Positions 43,994-62,285 of a stretch of DNA of 64,000 bases are shown here, in pieces. Location of the stretch: assembly GCA_034522415.1 (NCBI GenBank), contig JAXHLH010000003.1:20088-84087 (forward strand), read 5' to 3'. The notes under the pieces were generated by a model that saw nothing but the letters and a program-made list of their open reading frames with translations, did not search any database and was not told the origin of the DNA. Source of the stretch: Woeseiaceae bacterium (GTDB lineage: Bacteria; Pseudomonadota; Gammaproteobacteria; Steroidobacterales; Woeseiaceae). Each line of letters opens with the position of its first letter. The first letter of the stretch is position 1. A program made the position numbers and the translations under genes.

Positions 43994-45208
43994 TCAGGCG
44001 ATCAGGTTGTTGATCTCGAAGATCGGCAACAGTATCGCCAGCACGATCAGCAGCACGACGGCTGCCATGACGATGACGAGCAACGGCTGCATGATGCCGA
44101 GCAGGGTGGCGATCAGGCCATCGACCTCACGTTCCTGGTTGCTCGCGGCGCGCCCCAGCATCTCCTCCAGCCGGCCGCCGGCTTCACCGCTCGCGATCAG
44201 GTGCGTCATCATCGGCGGGAACAGCTGGCTCGCCGCGAGCGACTTGCTGATCATGGCGCCTTCGCGAACCCGCAGCGAGGCTTCCTCGACCGCCTCGCGC
44301 ATCGGTACGTTGACGACAACCTGCGACGCGATGCGCAGTGACTCGAGAATGGGCACGCCGCTGCCGGCCAGTATGCTGAGCGTCTGGGTGAAACGCGCGG
44401 TATTGATGCCGCGCACCAGGCGATTGATGATCGGCAGGCGCAGCAACAGGCGGTGGTAGCGGCGCTTCGGTCCTTCCCGCTTCAGGAGCCGGCGCACGGC
44501 AAAAACGACCGCCACGATGCCGAGGACCAGCAGCAACCAGTGGTCGCGCAGGAAATCGCTGGACGCGATCATGACTCGCGTCAGCAGCGGCAGCTCCTGG
44601 TCGTAGCTTTCGAACACGTAGACGACCTTGGGCACGACATAGGCCAGCATGAAACTGATGATTGCGACGGCGGTGACCACCAGTGCAATCGGGTAGATGA
44701 GGGCATTGCGCACCTGCTGCTGCAGCACCTGGCGCGACTCCGTGAACTCGGCCAGCCGCTCGAGCACGATGTCGAGGTGGCCCGACTGTTCGCCCGCCGA
44801 CACCGTGGCGCGGTAAAGGTCCGGAAACGCGTGCGGAAAGTCGCCCAGGCCGTCGGCCAGCGTGTGTCCTTCCATGACACGCGCGCGTACCCCGAGCAGG
44901 ATACTTTTCAGGCGCGGATTGTCGTTCTGCTGGCTGACCGCGAGTAGCGCCTCCTCGAGCGGCAGGCCGGACTGCGACAGCGTCGCAAGCTGGCGCGTGA
45001 GGAGCGCGAGATCGGAGGCGGATATCCCGCGCCGCAGCGTGATCGACTGCTTCTGCCGGCCTTCGCGGCGCGCCACCTCGGTGACTTCCACCGGCAACAG
45101 CTGCCGTTCGCGCAGCAGCTGCCGGACGTGCCGGGGCGTATCACCCTCGAGGAGGCCTTTCGACTCCTTGCCCGCCTTGTCAAGAGCGACGTATTCGAAG
45201 GCACCCAT
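43994..45208 (-). CDS. gspF: Type II secretion inner membrane platform protein F
   Basis: LALLTRQLATL, AGEQSGHL, ALIYP, SGEAGGRLEEML and AILLPIF motifs. Confidence 0.95.
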   Translation of the reverse strand: MGAFEYVALDKAGKESKGLLEGDTPRHVRQLLRERQLLPVEVTEVARREGRQKQSITLRRGISASDLALLTRQLATLSQSGLPLEEALLAVSQQNDNPRLKSILLGVRARVMEGHTLADGLGDFPHAFPDLYRATVSAGEQSGHLDIVLERLAEFTESRQVLQQQVRNALIYPIALVVTAVAIISFMLAYVVPKVVYVFESYDQELPLLTRVMIASSDFLRDHWLLLVLGIVAVVFAVRRLLKREGPKRRYHRLLLRLPIINRLVRGINTARFTQTLSILAGSGVPILESLRIASQVVVNVPMREAVEEASLRVREGAMISKSLAASQLFPPMMTHLIASGEAGGRLEEMLGRAASNQEREVDGLIATLLGIMQPLLVIVMAAVVLLIVLAILLPIFEINNLIA

Positions 45209-45215
45209 AAACCGG

Positions 45216-46769
45216 CTAGTCGGCGCGGGTCACGCGCAGGACTTCCTCAAGCGTCGTCACGCCGTCGAGGACCCGGCGACGGCCATCGCCCCGAATGCTC
45301 GGCGTCATCGTGCGTGCGTGACGCTCGAGCTGTTGCTCACTGGCGCCATCGTGAATCATTGTCCGCATGGTGTCGTCGACACCGATGACCTCGTAGATGC
45401 CCGTGCGACCGTGAAAGCCGTTGCTGCCCTCGACGCCCGGCCGATAGATCACCGGCGGGTCCGCGGGATCGGCTTTCAGTGTCTTGCATTCGTAGTCACG
45501 CGCGGTGTAAGGAACCTTTGTCTCGGGATCCAGTACCCGTACGAGCCGCTGTGCGATGACACCGATGAGGCTGGACGACAGCAGGAACGGTTCGACGCCC
45601 ATGTCGCGCAGCCGGGTGACGGCGCCGACTGCCGTGTTCGTGTGCAGTGTCGACAGCACCAGGTGCCCCGTAAGGCTCGCCTGCACGGCGATCTCAGCGG
45701 TTTCGAGGTCGCGGATCTCGCCGACCATCACCACGTCCGGATCCTGCCGCAATATCGCGCGAAGGCCCCTGGCGAACGTCATCTCCACCTTCGTATTGAC
45801 CTGCGACTGCCCGATGCCGTCGATGAAGTACTCGATCGGGTCCTCGACGGTCATGATGTTGCGGCTGTGGTCGTTGATGCGCTCCAGCGCCGCGTACAGC
45901 GTCGTGGTCTTGCCCGAGCCGGTCGGGCCGGTGACGAGGATGATGCCGTGCGGCTTGTGAATCAGCTCGTCCATCAGCGTACGGGCATCCTCGGACATGC
46001 CGAGTGACATCAGGTCGAGGCGACCCGCCTGCTTGTCGAGCAGGCGCAGCACGACGCGCTCGCCGTGACCCGACGGCATCGTCGAGACGCGCACATCGAC
46101 CGCGCGACCGGCAATCCGCAGCGAGATACGGCCATCCTGTGGCAATCGCTTCTCGGCGATGTCGAGCTTCGACATGACCTTGATTCGCGATACGACCAGC
46201 GGCGCCAGCGCGCGGCGCGTCTGCAGGATCTCCTGCAAAACACCATCGATGCGAAAGCGCACGCCGAGCCGGTTCTCGTACGGCTCTATGTGGACGTCGG
46301 ACGCGTTTTCCTTGACGGCCTCCGTGAGCACGGCATTGATAAAGCGGATGATCGGCGCGTCGTCGTCGCTTTCCAGCAGGTCGGAAGGTTCCGGCAGTTC
46401 CTGCGCTACCTGCAGCAGGTCCGTGTGGTCGTCGAGGTCGCCGACCATCTGCATCGCCTTGTGGCTGCCCTGTTCGTAGGTCTGCTGCAGCAGGCCGTCG
46501 AACGCCTCGCGGCTCACCCGGGTCATTCTCAGGCGGGTGCCGGCATAGCGGCGGGCCTCGGCCAGGCTGACCGGCGAGGCGCCCGCGCGATAAACCGCTT
46601 CCGGCACGTCGCCTTCGCCGGCACGCAACAGGACGCCGTGCCGCTTGGCAAACGAAAAGGGCAGGACGGGCAGCGCCGTCTCGCCGACGAGCGCCGGTAT
46701 GGCGGCAACGTCTTCCTCGAGTACCAGTTGCTCGGCGTCCACCATGAGTATCGGGTCAGTCGTTTCCAT
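45216..46769 (-). CDS. gspE: Type II secretion ATPase E
   Basis: [39 protein letters not shown] and [11 protein letters not shown] motifs. Confidence 0.96.
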   Translation of the reverse strand: METTDPILMVDAEQLVLEEDVAAIPALVGETALPVLPFSFAKRHGVLLRAGEGDVPEAVYRAGASPVSLAEARRYAGTRLRMTRVSREAFDGLLQQTYEQGSHKAMQMVGDLDDHTDLLQVAQELPEPSDLLESDDDAPIIRFINAVLTEAVKENASDVHIEPYENRLGVRFRIDGVLQEILQTRRALAPLVVSRIKVMSKLDIAEKRLPQDGRISLRIAGRAVDVRVSTMPSGHGERVVLRLLDKQAGRLDLMSLGMSEDARTLMDELIHKPHGIILVTGPTGSGKTTTLYAALERINDHSRNIMTVEDPIEYFIDGIGQSQVNTKVEMTFARGLRAILRQDPDVVMVGEIRDLETAEIAVQASLTGHLVLSTLHTNTAVGAVTRLRDMGVEPFLLSSSLIGVIAQRLVRVLDPETKVPYTARDYECKTLKADPADPPVIYRPGVEGSNGFHGRTGIYEVIGVDDTMRTMIHDGASEQQLERHARTMTPSIRGDGRRRVLDGVTTLEEVLRVTRAD

Positions 46770-48751
46770 CCGGATCGCCGTCTCCGGTGTCGGGTGCATC
46801 GGTCGGGCGCCTGAGCGACTCTATCGACGGAATGGTCGGGCGCTCGGCGCCACGCAGCTGCGGCACGCTGCCGCCCCGCTGGATGCCCCGGATATAGTTG
46901 TACTTGGCATCGGTCTCGATCGCGGTCTGGCTGCTGTCCCGCAGAATCTTGGGCCGGATGAATACCATCAGGTTGGTCTTGACCTTCTGCACGCTGCGAC
47001 TGCGAAACAGGACGCCCAGCCCCGGCACCCGGCCGAGTATCGGCACGCGCTGCGTGTTCTCGCGCAGCGTGTCCTCGATCAGGCCGCCCAGGACCAGGAT
47101 GCCACCGTCCTCGACGATGACCGTCGTCTCGATCGTGCGCTCGTTCGTGATCAGGTCGGCGGCGCCGGCCGTGGCCGATTCGGCAATACTTCGAGATTTC
47201 CTGTGAGATCTTCAGCAGCACGGCGTTGCCCTCGTTGATCTGTGGCGTCAGCGTCAGCTTCACGCCGACCTGCTCGCGCTGGATCGTCTGGAACGGGTTG
47301 ACGGCGCCGCCGCCGCCGCCCGTGCCAGTATTGGTGAACGAGCCGGTAACGAACGGCACTTCCTGGCCCACGTTGATGCTCGCTTCCTCGTTATCGGTGG
47401 TCACCAGTGTCGGTGTCGAAATGATGTTGGTGTCCGCGTCGCCCTCCAGCGCGCTGAGGATCGCGGCGAAACTGGTGCTGGAATCGCTGATGCGCCCGAC
47501 CGCCGCCGTAATGCCCTGGCCGATAACCGACGGGTCCACCGCGCCGTCACTGCCGGCCAGGCCCGCGAGGTCGATGATGTTGGTGCCGGCACCGCCGAAG
47601 TTCGTCACGCCGATGGCGCTGTTGGAGCCGCTGCCGTCGACGGCCCAGGTAACGCCGAGCTCCGATGCCTTGTCGGCGGTGACCTCGACGATGATCGCTT
47701 CGACGAGCACCTGCGCGCGACGGATATCCAGCTTGTCGACGATGCCCATCAGCGAGCGCATCATCTTCGGCGGCGCATTGACGATGATCGCGTTGGTCTG
47801 CGGGTCCGCCCAGACGCTGACCGGTGCAGCGCCCGCTGCGCTGCCGCCGCCCTGTGCGCCAGCGCCGGCGGTTGCCTGCTGCGTAAAGTGCTGTTGCAGC
47901 TTGGGCGTCAGTTCCTCGGCATCCGCGTATCGGAGATAGCGGACCTGCGTATCGCCGCCGTCCTCCAGCGGCGTGTCGAGATGGGCGATCAGTGCGCGCA
48001 ACCGCAGGCGTTCACTGCGCTCGCCGCCAATCAGTACACTGTTGGTCCGTGCATCGGCCACCAGGCTGGTCGTTACCGGCATGCCGTCGGCGCGAGGCGT
48101 TTGGGTCAGGGCGGTGAGCACGCGCACCACTTCCGACGCCGATGCATTGTTGAGCGGCACGACCTCGATCTCATCGTCGTTCGACTGGTCGATGCGGCGA
48201 ATGATGCTGATCATGCGGGTCACGTTCGCCGCGCGGTCGGAGATGATCAGCATGTTGGACCCGGGGTGCGCGGCGAGGTGTCCGTATTGCGGGATCAGGG
48301 GCCGCAAAATCGGTACGAGTTGCGCCGCGGCGATGTTCTGCACCTGGATCACCTGCGTGACGATATCGTCCGCGTCCGCGTTCGACGTCGACAACAGGCC
48401 GGGATACTGGCGTGCGCTTGCATTGGGGAGGATCTTGATCAGGCCTTCCGAGGGCAGTGCGACGTAGCCGTGCACCTCGAGTATCGAGAGAAACGCCTCG
48501 TAGAACGCATCCGGCGTCATCGGCGTCGCCGACAACATGGTCACCTTGGCCTCGACGCGGGGATCGATGAGGAAATTGCGTCCGGTTACCTCGCCGACCG
48601 CCTCGATGATCTGGCGCAGATCGGCATCCTTGTAATTCGGCGTGATGGTCGGCTGCTGGGCATGCGCCGCCGACAGCACGAAGCAGGCGGCCAGCAGCAG
48701 GCTGGCGATCCCCTGTCGCGGCGTTCGGGCCCTGGTGCGGAAATTATTCAA
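46756..48751 (-). CDS. gspD: Type II secretion secretin D (frameshift near 47185)
   Basis: [34 protein letters not shown] and [12 protein letters not shown] motifs. Confidence 0.95.
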
Positions 48752-48759
48752 GCCGTCCC

Positions 48760-49697
48760 CTATTGTTCTTCGTCGAGATTCAGTTGGTTCGTGTTCAGGA
48801 CCAGGGTCTGCGGCTGGCCGTTACGTTCCACGGTCACCGACACCTGCTCGGCGGTTCCAGGCTCTGGAAAATCTCCATGGCCTGTTGCGGATCTGTCAAT
48901 GCCGCGCCATCGATATCCTTGATGAGATCGCCCGGGCGCAGGCCCAGGGCCGCGAACTGGCGACGATTGCGTCCCGGGTAGACACGATAGCCCTGCTGCT
49001 GGCCGTTGACAAAGTAGGGGGTCGGACGAATCACGTCCGCCAGCTTGGTGACGTTGCGGGCGACTACGGCCTGGATGCTGTCTCCGCCCGCGGATTCGGC
49101 CGGCTGCGGGTTGAACGATGAACGGTTGCGACGCACCGCGGCGTCCTCCGGGAACTCCTTCGGCAGCTTGAGTACCTCCAGGGCACCGCTACGGTTCAGG
49201 ACGACACGGTCCGTGTAGACGGCGTGCAGCGTCGTCCCGGGCGCGACCAGGTCGCGCAGCTCGTAGATTTTTTCCTCGTTACGGCTGTCGTCCGCGATGA
49301 TCGCAATCGAGCCCTGGTTGCCGACGGCCGCGATGGTGCCCTTCAGGGTCAGGGTGAGGTCCGTTTCGGCCAGGTCCTCCACGTCCTCGGTCGCCTCCGG
49401 CAGGGAAGGTGCATCATTCGCGCTCGCCTCGCCGAACAAGTGGGCAGCGGCGATAAGCTGTACGTCCACGCCCCGTTGCCCGTCGCGTGCCGTGGCGGCC
49501 GTCGCAGCGATCGGCGCGACGATGGCGTCGCCGGCGGCCGGCGCCGGGACGAGCAGCCACAGCAGGCGCGCGAGCTGCCAGCCGACAACGACCGCCAGTG
49601 CCAGCGTGACCCAGGTCGGCAGCCGTTGAAGCGCGATCGCCTTGAGGCGTTCACCGTCTAAGCTGCTGAAATCACGCCAGTTTGCATTGAGTGTCAT
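48760..49697 (-). CDS. gspC: Type II secretion protein C (PDZ domain; frameshift near 48860)
   Basis: TM segment, HLFG, LTLKGTI, DRVVLNRSG, GLRPGDLI PDZ; upstream of gspD. Confidence 0.9.
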
Positions 49698-49909
49698 GTC
49701 GGGAGTCGGTGCCTCGGGCCGCTGCGTTCCGAGCCGGCCGGGCGGGCCCGCTCGACGTTACCAACGCAGCGCAGTGATGATAAGGTTTAGGCGCAGCCGC
49801 AAACAAGCCCGGATTCGGAAAATTCCATACGCGGCAAGCATCTAGACGAGCCGGGGGGCAGCGGTTGAACGCGACGGCCGGTTACGTTGTCTGAAAATTG
49901 CGAACCAGC

Positions 49910-49942
49910 CTTTGAAGAGTGGCGAACCCGCCCTTATATAAT
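49910..49942 (+). promoter_or_regulatory. Putative sigma32-like (or sigma70) promoter for clpS-clpA
   Basis: CTTTGAA-N14-CCCTTATAT, overlapping TATAAT at 49937-49942. Confidence 0.45.
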
Positions 49943-50033
49943 GCGGGTAGCGCGACGCACGGTGGCACGCTTGGGACCCGCCGCCCGTCGCTAAAGGGCT
50001 CGCGGAATTCACCGATCTCATGTCAACGGTTCA

Positions 50034-50362
50034 ATGTCAACGCAGGATCCACGCAATTCACCGCAAGAAAACGATGACCTGGCGGTAGAGGAATCCGGCC
50101 GGAAATCAAGCGGCCGCCCATGTACCGCGTCATCCTGCTGAATGACGACTACACGCCCATGGAATTCGTCGTCGGCGTGCTGGAGTCGGTGTTCCGGATG
50201 GAGCGTACCGTGGCGACCCGCGTTATGCTGGAAGTGCACACCAAAGGCAAGGGAATTTGTGGCATCTTCAGTTATGAGGTCGCGGAGACCAAGGTTGCGC
50301 AGGTAACGAGTATCGCGCAGCAGCAGCAGCACCCGTTATTGTGTACGATGGAGGAGGCTTGA
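50034..50362 (+). CDS. clpS: ATP-dependent Clp protease adaptor ClpS (frameshift near 50097)
   Basis: [40 protein letters not shown]. Confidence 0.95.
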
Positions 50363-50375
50363 AGAGTAACGTGAC

Positions 50376-52651
<2,276 letters not shown>

Positions 52652-52657
52652 TCCGGA

Positions 52658-52876
52658 CTACCGACCGCGGTAGACGATGCGGCCCTTGCTCAGGTCGTAG
52701 GGAGTCAGTTCGACGGTGACCTTGTCTCCGGTGAGGATCCGGATGTAGTTCTTGCGCATCTTGCCCGAAATATGGGCCGTCACCACGTGGCCGTTTTCGA
52801 GTTCGACTCGAAACGTGGTGTTGGGCAGCGTCTCGGTGACGACGCCCTCCATCTGGAGTGCTTCTTCCTTCGCCAA
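52658..52876 (-). CDS. infA: Translation initiation factor IF-1 (TTG start)
   Basis: [59 protein letters not shown]; 72 aa. Confidence 0.97.
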   Translation of the reverse strand: MAKEEALQMEGVVTETLPNTTFRVELENGHVVTAHISGKMRKNYIRILTGDKVTVELTPYDLSKGRIVYRGR

Positions 52877-52949
52877 AATAGGGGTTCTCTGCTGATCGGG
52901 CTCGCGCATTGTGCAGAAACGGGCCCACCTTTGCAACGCAACGCCTGAG

Positions 52950-53687
52950 TCAATCGAGAGCCGGTTCGGCCGCCCTGATACGGCCCCGGGGCCAGTCGCT
53001 GCAAGGTGCCGGTGATGCGCATGCGATCTCGAGTTCGGCGCGGAATTCGGCCCGCGGCAGTTCCACCGCGCCCAGCGTCAGGAGATGGGGCGAGGCGACC
53101 TGGCAGTCCAGCAGGCGAAACTCGCGCCTCACCAGTTCGCGGCACAAGGCCCGCATGGCGACCTTGGATGCATTGGTCGTCCGGCTGAACATGGATTCGC
53201 CGAAAAAGGCCTTGCCGATGGCCAGGCCGTAGAGTCCGCCGACCAGCTCGTCACCGTTCCAGACATCGACCGAGTGGGCCCAGCCGGCGCGGTGCAGCGC
53301 GGTGTAGGCTGCGGCCATCTCGGCGGTGATCCACGTGCCCTGCTGGCCGAATCGCAAGCCGGCACAGCCGTCCAGCACCTGCTCGAACGCGGCGTTGAAG
53401 CTGACCTCGAGCGGGCAGGTGCGGAGCCAGCGGCGAAACCGGCTGGCGATGTGCAGTTCGGACGGTCGCAACACGCAGCGCGGTTCCGGCGACCACCACA
53501 GGATGGGCTGCCGTCCTCGTACCACGGAAAATGCCGTGCCGGTAGGCATACAGGAGTCGGCTGTCGGACAGGTCGCCGCCGGCCGCAAGCAGGCCATCCG
53601 GTTCGCTGCATGCCGAATCGATATCGGGAAACGCGTCCGGCGGGTCGGCCGGGCTCAGCCATGCAATGCGGATCGCCTGCTGACCGG

Positions 53688-53691
<4 letters not shown>
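52950..53691 (-). CDS. aat: Leucyl/phenylalanyl-tRNA-protein transferase (frameshift near 53525)
   Basis: [31 protein letters not shown] and FFGESMFS motifs. Confidence 0.94.
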
Positions 53692-55951
<2,260 letters not shown>

Positions 55952-56163
55952 TCAAGTCCGTTCGCGACAGCGCCCGGGCTGCGTTGCCGCACCGTCCGCG
56001 AAGCGCCAGTGTAGGCAAAAGCATGGCGGCGGGCAAAGCGCGCCGCGGGGCCGCGGGGGACGCGGCCAGGGGCCGGGCCGTCGCCCGTCACCGGGCACGA
56101 CTATCGCATCGTTTTATATTAGAATCAGTCAATTAACGTCAATACCTCCCAATTTACCTGAAT

Positions 56164-58484
56164 ATGGCTCGAGCCCGCACAGCGCCCCGATCGGACCGCG
56201 CCCTGTCAGCGCAGGTCGTGCGCACGCTGCGTGAGGGTGCCCTGTACGTGTTCGGCGCGTTCGCGCTGATCCTGTGGTTTGCGCTCTTCACCTACGATCC
56301 CGCGGATCCCGGGTTTTTCCAGGCCAGCAGCACCGAACAGATCAGCAACGGCGTCGGCCGGGTCGGCGCGCACATTGCGGACCTGCTGTTCAACCTGTTC
56401 GGCCGTCCCGCCTACCTGTTCGCCGTGATGGTGTTCTATTTCGGCTGGATGATCTACCGTGAGCAGCGCACGCAGGAGATGCTGACCCGCGCGGACGTCA
56501 CGCTGCGCATCGCCGGTTTCCTGCTGACGCTGGTCACGAGCTGCGCGCTCGCGACACTGCATTTCTCGCCTATCGGCTTTCGCGAGACCGCCGGCGGCGT
56601 CGTCGGCCAGCTGGTCGGCGAGAGCCTGGCCGCGGTGATGAAGCTGCTGGGCGCCAGCACGCTGCTGTTTTTCGTCTGGATGGCGTCGATCTCGCTGTTC
56701 CTGGGCGTTTCCTGGCTGAAGATCATGGACCGCATCGGCCGCTGGTGCCTTGCCGCCTGGGACGGCCTGCGGGTTCGGCTCGGCGAGCTGCGCGATCGCG
56801 CGGAAGGCCGCCGCCAGCAGGCGGCTCGCCAGGACGTGTTCAAGAAAGAGCAGCTGCGCACGGCCAACCGCACGCCGCCGCGAATCGAGCCGGTATTGCC
56901 GACGGTCGAACCGAGCGTGCGCGCGGAGAAAGAGCGCCAGGTGCCGTTGTTCGAGCCGCCGTCCGACGGCGAGTTGCCGCCCCTGTCGCTGCTGGACGAC
57001 CCGCCGCCGCAAAAGCCCGGTTATTCGAAGGAGTCCCTGGAGGCGATGTCGCGGCTGGTCGAGCTGAAGCTGAAGGACTTCAACATTAATGTCGAGGTCG
57101 TGTCGGTGTCGCCGGGGCCGGTCATAACGCGATTCGAGCTGGACCCGGCGCCCGGCGTCAAGTCGAGCCAGATCTCCAACCTTGCCAAGGACCTGGCGCG
57201 GTCGCTGTCGGTCGTCAGCGTGCGGGTGGTCGAGGTGATTCCGGGCAAGTCCTACATCGGCCTCGAGATCCCGAACGAGAACCGCGAACTCGTGACGCTG
57301 GGCGAGATACTCAAATCCAGGGCGTACGACGACATGGGCGTCGCCGTTGACCCTGGCGCTGGGCAAGGACATCGGCGGCAACTCGGTCGTCGCGGACCTG
57401 TCGCGCATGCCGCACCTGCTGATTGCCGGGCACGACCGGTGCGGGCAAGTCGGTCGCGATCAATGCGATGGTGCTGAGCCTGCTGTACAAGGCGAAGCCC
57501 GAGCACGTGCGACTGATCATGGTCGACCCGAAAATGCTCGAGCTGTCGGTCTACGAAGGCATCCCGCACCTGCTGACGCCGGTCGTTACCGACATGAAGG
57601 AAGCGTCGAACGCATTGCGCTGGTGCGTCGGCGAGATGGAGCGCCGTTACCGGCTGATGGCGTCGCTGGGCGTGCGCAACATCGGCGGGTACAACCGCAA
57701 GGTGAAGGACGCGATCGCGGCCGGCAACCCGATCAAGGACCCGACATTCACGCCGCCACCGCTCGAAGACGAGGACAAGCCGGTCGAGCACCCGACACTC
57801 ACGCCGCTGCCGTTCATCGTCGTCATTATCGATGAGCTGGCGGACATGATGATGATCGTCGGCAAGAAGGTCGAGGAGCTGATCGCGCGACTGGCGCAGA
57901 AAGGCGCGGGCGTCCGGCATTCACATGCTGCTCGCGACGCAGCGCCCGTCGGTTGACGTCATCACCGGCCTCATCAAGGCGAATATCCCGTCGCGCATCG
58001 CGTTCCAGGTATCGGCCAAGGTGGATTCGCGCACCATTCTCGACCAGATGGGCGCCGAAAACCTGCTGGGCCACGGCGACATGCTGTACCTGCCGCCCGG
58101 CACGTCGCTGCCAATCCGCGTCCATGGCGCCTTCGTCGCCGACCACGAGGTGCACACCGTCGTCGGCACCTGAAAAAAAGCGGCCAGCCACGCTACATCG
58201 ATGAAATTCTCGAGGGATTGGGCAGTCAAACCAATGGCATGCCGGGGCTCGACGTGCTGCCGGGCGAGGCGGACGACGGCGAGCAGGATGCGCTTTACGA
58301 CCAGGCGGTACAGATCGTGATGGAGACACGCAAGGCGTCCATCTCCGGGGTGCAGCGGCGCCTGAAGATCGGTTACAACCGAGCCGCCCGCATGGTCGAA
58401 ACGATGGAGCAGGCCGGTCTTGTCGGTCCGCTGCAACCCAACGGCTCGCGCGAGATTCTCGTGCCGCCGCCCGCCAGGGACTGA
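56164..58484 (+). CDS. ftsK: DNA translocase FtsK (several frameshifts)
   Basis: 4TM N-terminus, [42 protein letters not shown], gamma domain [13 protein letters not shown]. Confidence 0.96.
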
Positions 58485-58503
58485 CCCGGGGGCCGGAATA
58501 CGC

Positions 58504-59169
58504 ATGGTGAGAACCTTTCCAGTCTGGAGCGGCATCGCACTTCTTTTGTGCGGCACGGCGGACGTGCAGCCGGCAGAGGCGATCGATGGCGAGCAACTCG
58601 TCCGGCAGTTCGTCGAGGACGTGCAGACGATGTCGGCGGCGTTCGAACAAACGCTGGTCGATGCCGATGACGCCGTCCTCGAGGAATCGAGCGGCACCCT
58701 GGACATCAAGCGGCCGGGCCGCTTCCGCTGGGCGTACACCGAACCTTACGAGCAGCTGCTGGTGGCGGACGGTCGTAACGTCTGGAGCTACGATGCGGAT
58801 CTGTTGCAGGTCACGGTCAAGCCGCAGGACGATGTGCTCGGCAGCACGCCGGCCTTGCTGCTGGGCGGCGGTAGCAACGTGCTGGAGGATTTCCGGGTCG
58901 TGGAGAGCTTTCGCGACCGCGGCACCGCCTGGGTTCGCCTGCGGCCGCTGGCAGACGAAAGCAGTTTCGATACCGTGGATCTCGGCTTCGACGCGAACGA
59001 TCGGCTGGACCGGATGATATTCGTCGATTCGCTGGGCCAGTCGACGCTGATCGCGCTGCAGGACCCGCGGATCAACGAGCCGCTCGCGGACGACCTGTTC
59101 ACGTTCGTGCCGCCGGACGGTGTCGATGTCGTGGGCACGCCGCTGCCAGCCGCACCGGCGGGCCACTGA
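58504..59169 (+). CDS. lolA: Outer membrane lipoprotein chaperone LolA
   Basis: KRPGRFRW..PYEQLLVADG..WSYDADLLQVT, TPALLL, FTFVPPDGVDV. Confidence 0.94.
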   Translation: MVRTFPVWSGIALLLCGTADVQPAEAIDGEQLVRQFVEDVQTMSAAFEQTLVDADDAVLEESSGTLDIKRPGRFRWAYTEPYEQLLVADGRNVWSYDADLLQVTVKPQDDVLGSTPALLLGGGSNVLEDFRVVESFRDRGTAWVRLRPLADESSFDTVDLGFDANDRLDRMIFVDSLGQSTLIALQDPRINEPLADDLFTFVPPDGVDVVGTPLPAAPAGH

Positions 59170-59582
59170 TGCTGCCGCTGCGCTGGGCCCGGCGCTGGCG
59201 TGTCGCCGGCGCATTCATGCTCGTGTGCGTGCTCGCCGGCGCACTGATGCCGGCACTCTGGCTGTTCCCGGACCTGCGGCTTCGCCATGTAGCGGCCTAT
59301 GACAAGTGGCTGCATGCCGGCGCTTTCCTTGTCCTCACCGTGTGGTTTTGCGGCCAGTATGCAAAGGCGGCCTACCTGCGACTCGGCGCCGGCCTGTTGC
59401 TGTTCGGTGCCGTCATCGAGTTGTGCCAGTACGTGACGATTTATCGCACGGCGGACTGGCACGACCTGCTCGCCGATGGCATCGGCATCGTGACAGGGCT
59501 GGTAGTCGCTGTCGCCGGCGCCGGCGGCTGGAGCATGCGCGCCGAGCACTGGCTGCTGCGGCGACAAGCCGCCGATCACTGA
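59169..59582 (+). CDS. VanZ-like membrane protein
   Basis: DKWLHAGAF, IELCQ and RTADWHDLLADGIG motifs. Confidence 0.85.
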   Translation: MLPLRWARRWRVAGAFMLVCVLAGALMPALWLFPDLRLRHVAAYDKWLHAGAFLVLTVWFCGQYAKAAYLRLGAGLLLFGAVIELCQYVTIYRTADWHDLLADGIGIVTGLVVAVAGAGGWSMRAEHWLLRRQAADH

Positions 59583-59584
59583 TC

Positions 59585-60940
59585 ATGCCGGACCTCTTCG
59601 AAGACGACACGACGGCGCAGGCGGGGCGGCCGCTCGCGGACCGGCTGCGACCGTCCTCCCTGGAGGACTTTTCGGGCCAGCAACACCTTCTGGCTCCGGG
59701 CAAGCCGTTGCGCCGCGCGATCGAGTCGGGTCGCGCTCACTCGATGATCTTCTGGGGCCCGCCGGGTACCGGCAAGACCACGCTGGCGCGCATTGTCGCG
59801 GCGTCGACGGAATCGCATTTTATCGCGCTGTCGGCCGTGATGGCGGGTGTCAAGGACATACGGGCGGCGGTCGACGAAGCGCGCCAGCATCGCGCGCAAT
59901 ATCGCCGCCAGACGGTCCTGTTTCTCGACGAGGTACACCGCTTCAACAAGTCGCAACAGGATGCGTTCCTGCCTTTTGTCGAGGACGGCACGCTGACTTT
60001 CATCGGTGCCACGACCGAGAACCCGTCGTTCGAGCTGAACAATGCGTTGCTCTCGCGAGCGCGAGTCTATGTCCTTCGACCACTGGACGACGACGCCCTG
60101 TGCGGCATCGTCGAGCGCGCGCTTGCGAGCATTCGCGACGACAACGGCTTCCGGTCGCTGACGATGATTGATGACGCGCGCGCGTTGCTCCTGCAGGCGG
60201 CGGACGGCGATGCGCGCCGCCTGCTGAACCTGCTGGAGCTGGCAGCCGATCTTGTCGAGGCGAGCGACGGCAAGGCGGCCATCGACCTGGCCCTGGCGCG
60301 TGAGATCGCCGCGGGCGGGCGCCGCCGATTCGACAAGCAGGGCGAGTATTTCTACGATCAGGTCTCGGCGTTGCACAAATCGGTGCGCGGCTCGGATCCG
60401 GATGCCTCTCTGTACTGGCTGATGCGCATGCTCGACGGCGGCTGCGATCCGCTGTACGTGGCCCGCCGGCTCGTGCGCGTCGCAAGCGAGGACATCGGCA
60501 ACGCCGACCCACGAGCCCTGCGCATCACGCTCGATGCGTGGGAGACGGTCGAGCGGCTCGGCAGCCCCGAGGGCGAGCTGGCCCTGGCGCAGGCAATCGT
60601 GTTCCTGGCCTGTGCCGCGAAGAGCAATGCCGTGTACAACGCGTTCAAGGCAGCGGCCGTCGACGCGCAGGAATACGGTTCGCTGGAAGTGCCCATGCAC
60701 CTGCGCAACGCACCGACGAAGCTGATGAAGGAACTCGGTTACGGCAAGGAATACCGGTACGCGCACGATGAAGACGATGCCTACGCAGCGGGCGAGCGGT
60801 ATTTTCCGGACGACATGCCAGAGCGGACGTATTATCATCCGGTGCCGCGCGGCCTTGAGCAGAAGATCGGCGAGAAGCTGCACGATCTCGCCGAGCGCAA
60901 GGCGCGCCACCGCCGCGACGAACCGCCAACCGACGACTGA
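59585..60940 (+). CDS. rarA: Replication-associated recombination protein A
   Basis: [50 protein letters not shown] and [10 protein letters not shown] motifs. Confidence 0.96.
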   Translation: MPDLFEDDTTAQAGRPLADRLRPSSLEDFSGQQHLLAPGKPLRRAIESGRAHSMIFWGPPGTGKTTLARIVAASTESHFIALSAVMAGVKDIRAAVDEARQHRAQYRRQTVLFLDEVHRFNKSQQDAFLPFVEDGTLTFIGATTENPSFELNNALLSRARVYVLRPLDDDALCGIVERALASIRDDNGFRSLTMIDDARALLLQAADGDARRLLNLLELAADLVEASDGKAAIDLALAREIAAGGRRRFDKQGEYFYDQVSALHKSVRGSDPDASLYWLMRMLDGGCDPLYVARRLVRVASEDIGNADPRALRITLDAWETVERLGSPEGELALAQAIVFLACAAKSNAVYNAFKAAAVDAQEYGSLEVPMHLRNAPTKLMKELGYGKEYRYAHDEDDAYAAGERYFPDDMPERTYYHPVPRGLEQKIGEKLHDLAERKARHRRDEPPTDD

Positions 60941-60952
60941 CGGTACCTCACG

Positions 60953-62232
<1,280 letters not shown>

Positions 62233-62233
<1 letters not shown>

Positions 62234-62268
62234 AAAAACGCCGGCGGCACGGCTCCGTGCCACCGGCG
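62233..62268 (-). terminator. Intrinsic terminator between convergent serS and the BI-1 gene
   Basis: Minus strand CGCCGGTGGCACGG-AG-CCGTGCCGCCGGCG followed by TTTTTT. Confidence 0.75.
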
Positions 62269-62285
62269 CGGTCGAAGTCGACTGG

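Noticed and set aside
56103-56130. dif-like site in the AT-rich trxB-ftsK intergenic region (TCGCATCGTTTTATATTAGAATCAGT)
   Set aside because: Only CGCAT and ATATTA match. The XerD arm TTATGTTAAAT is absent and the spacing is off; more likely an ordinary promoter.
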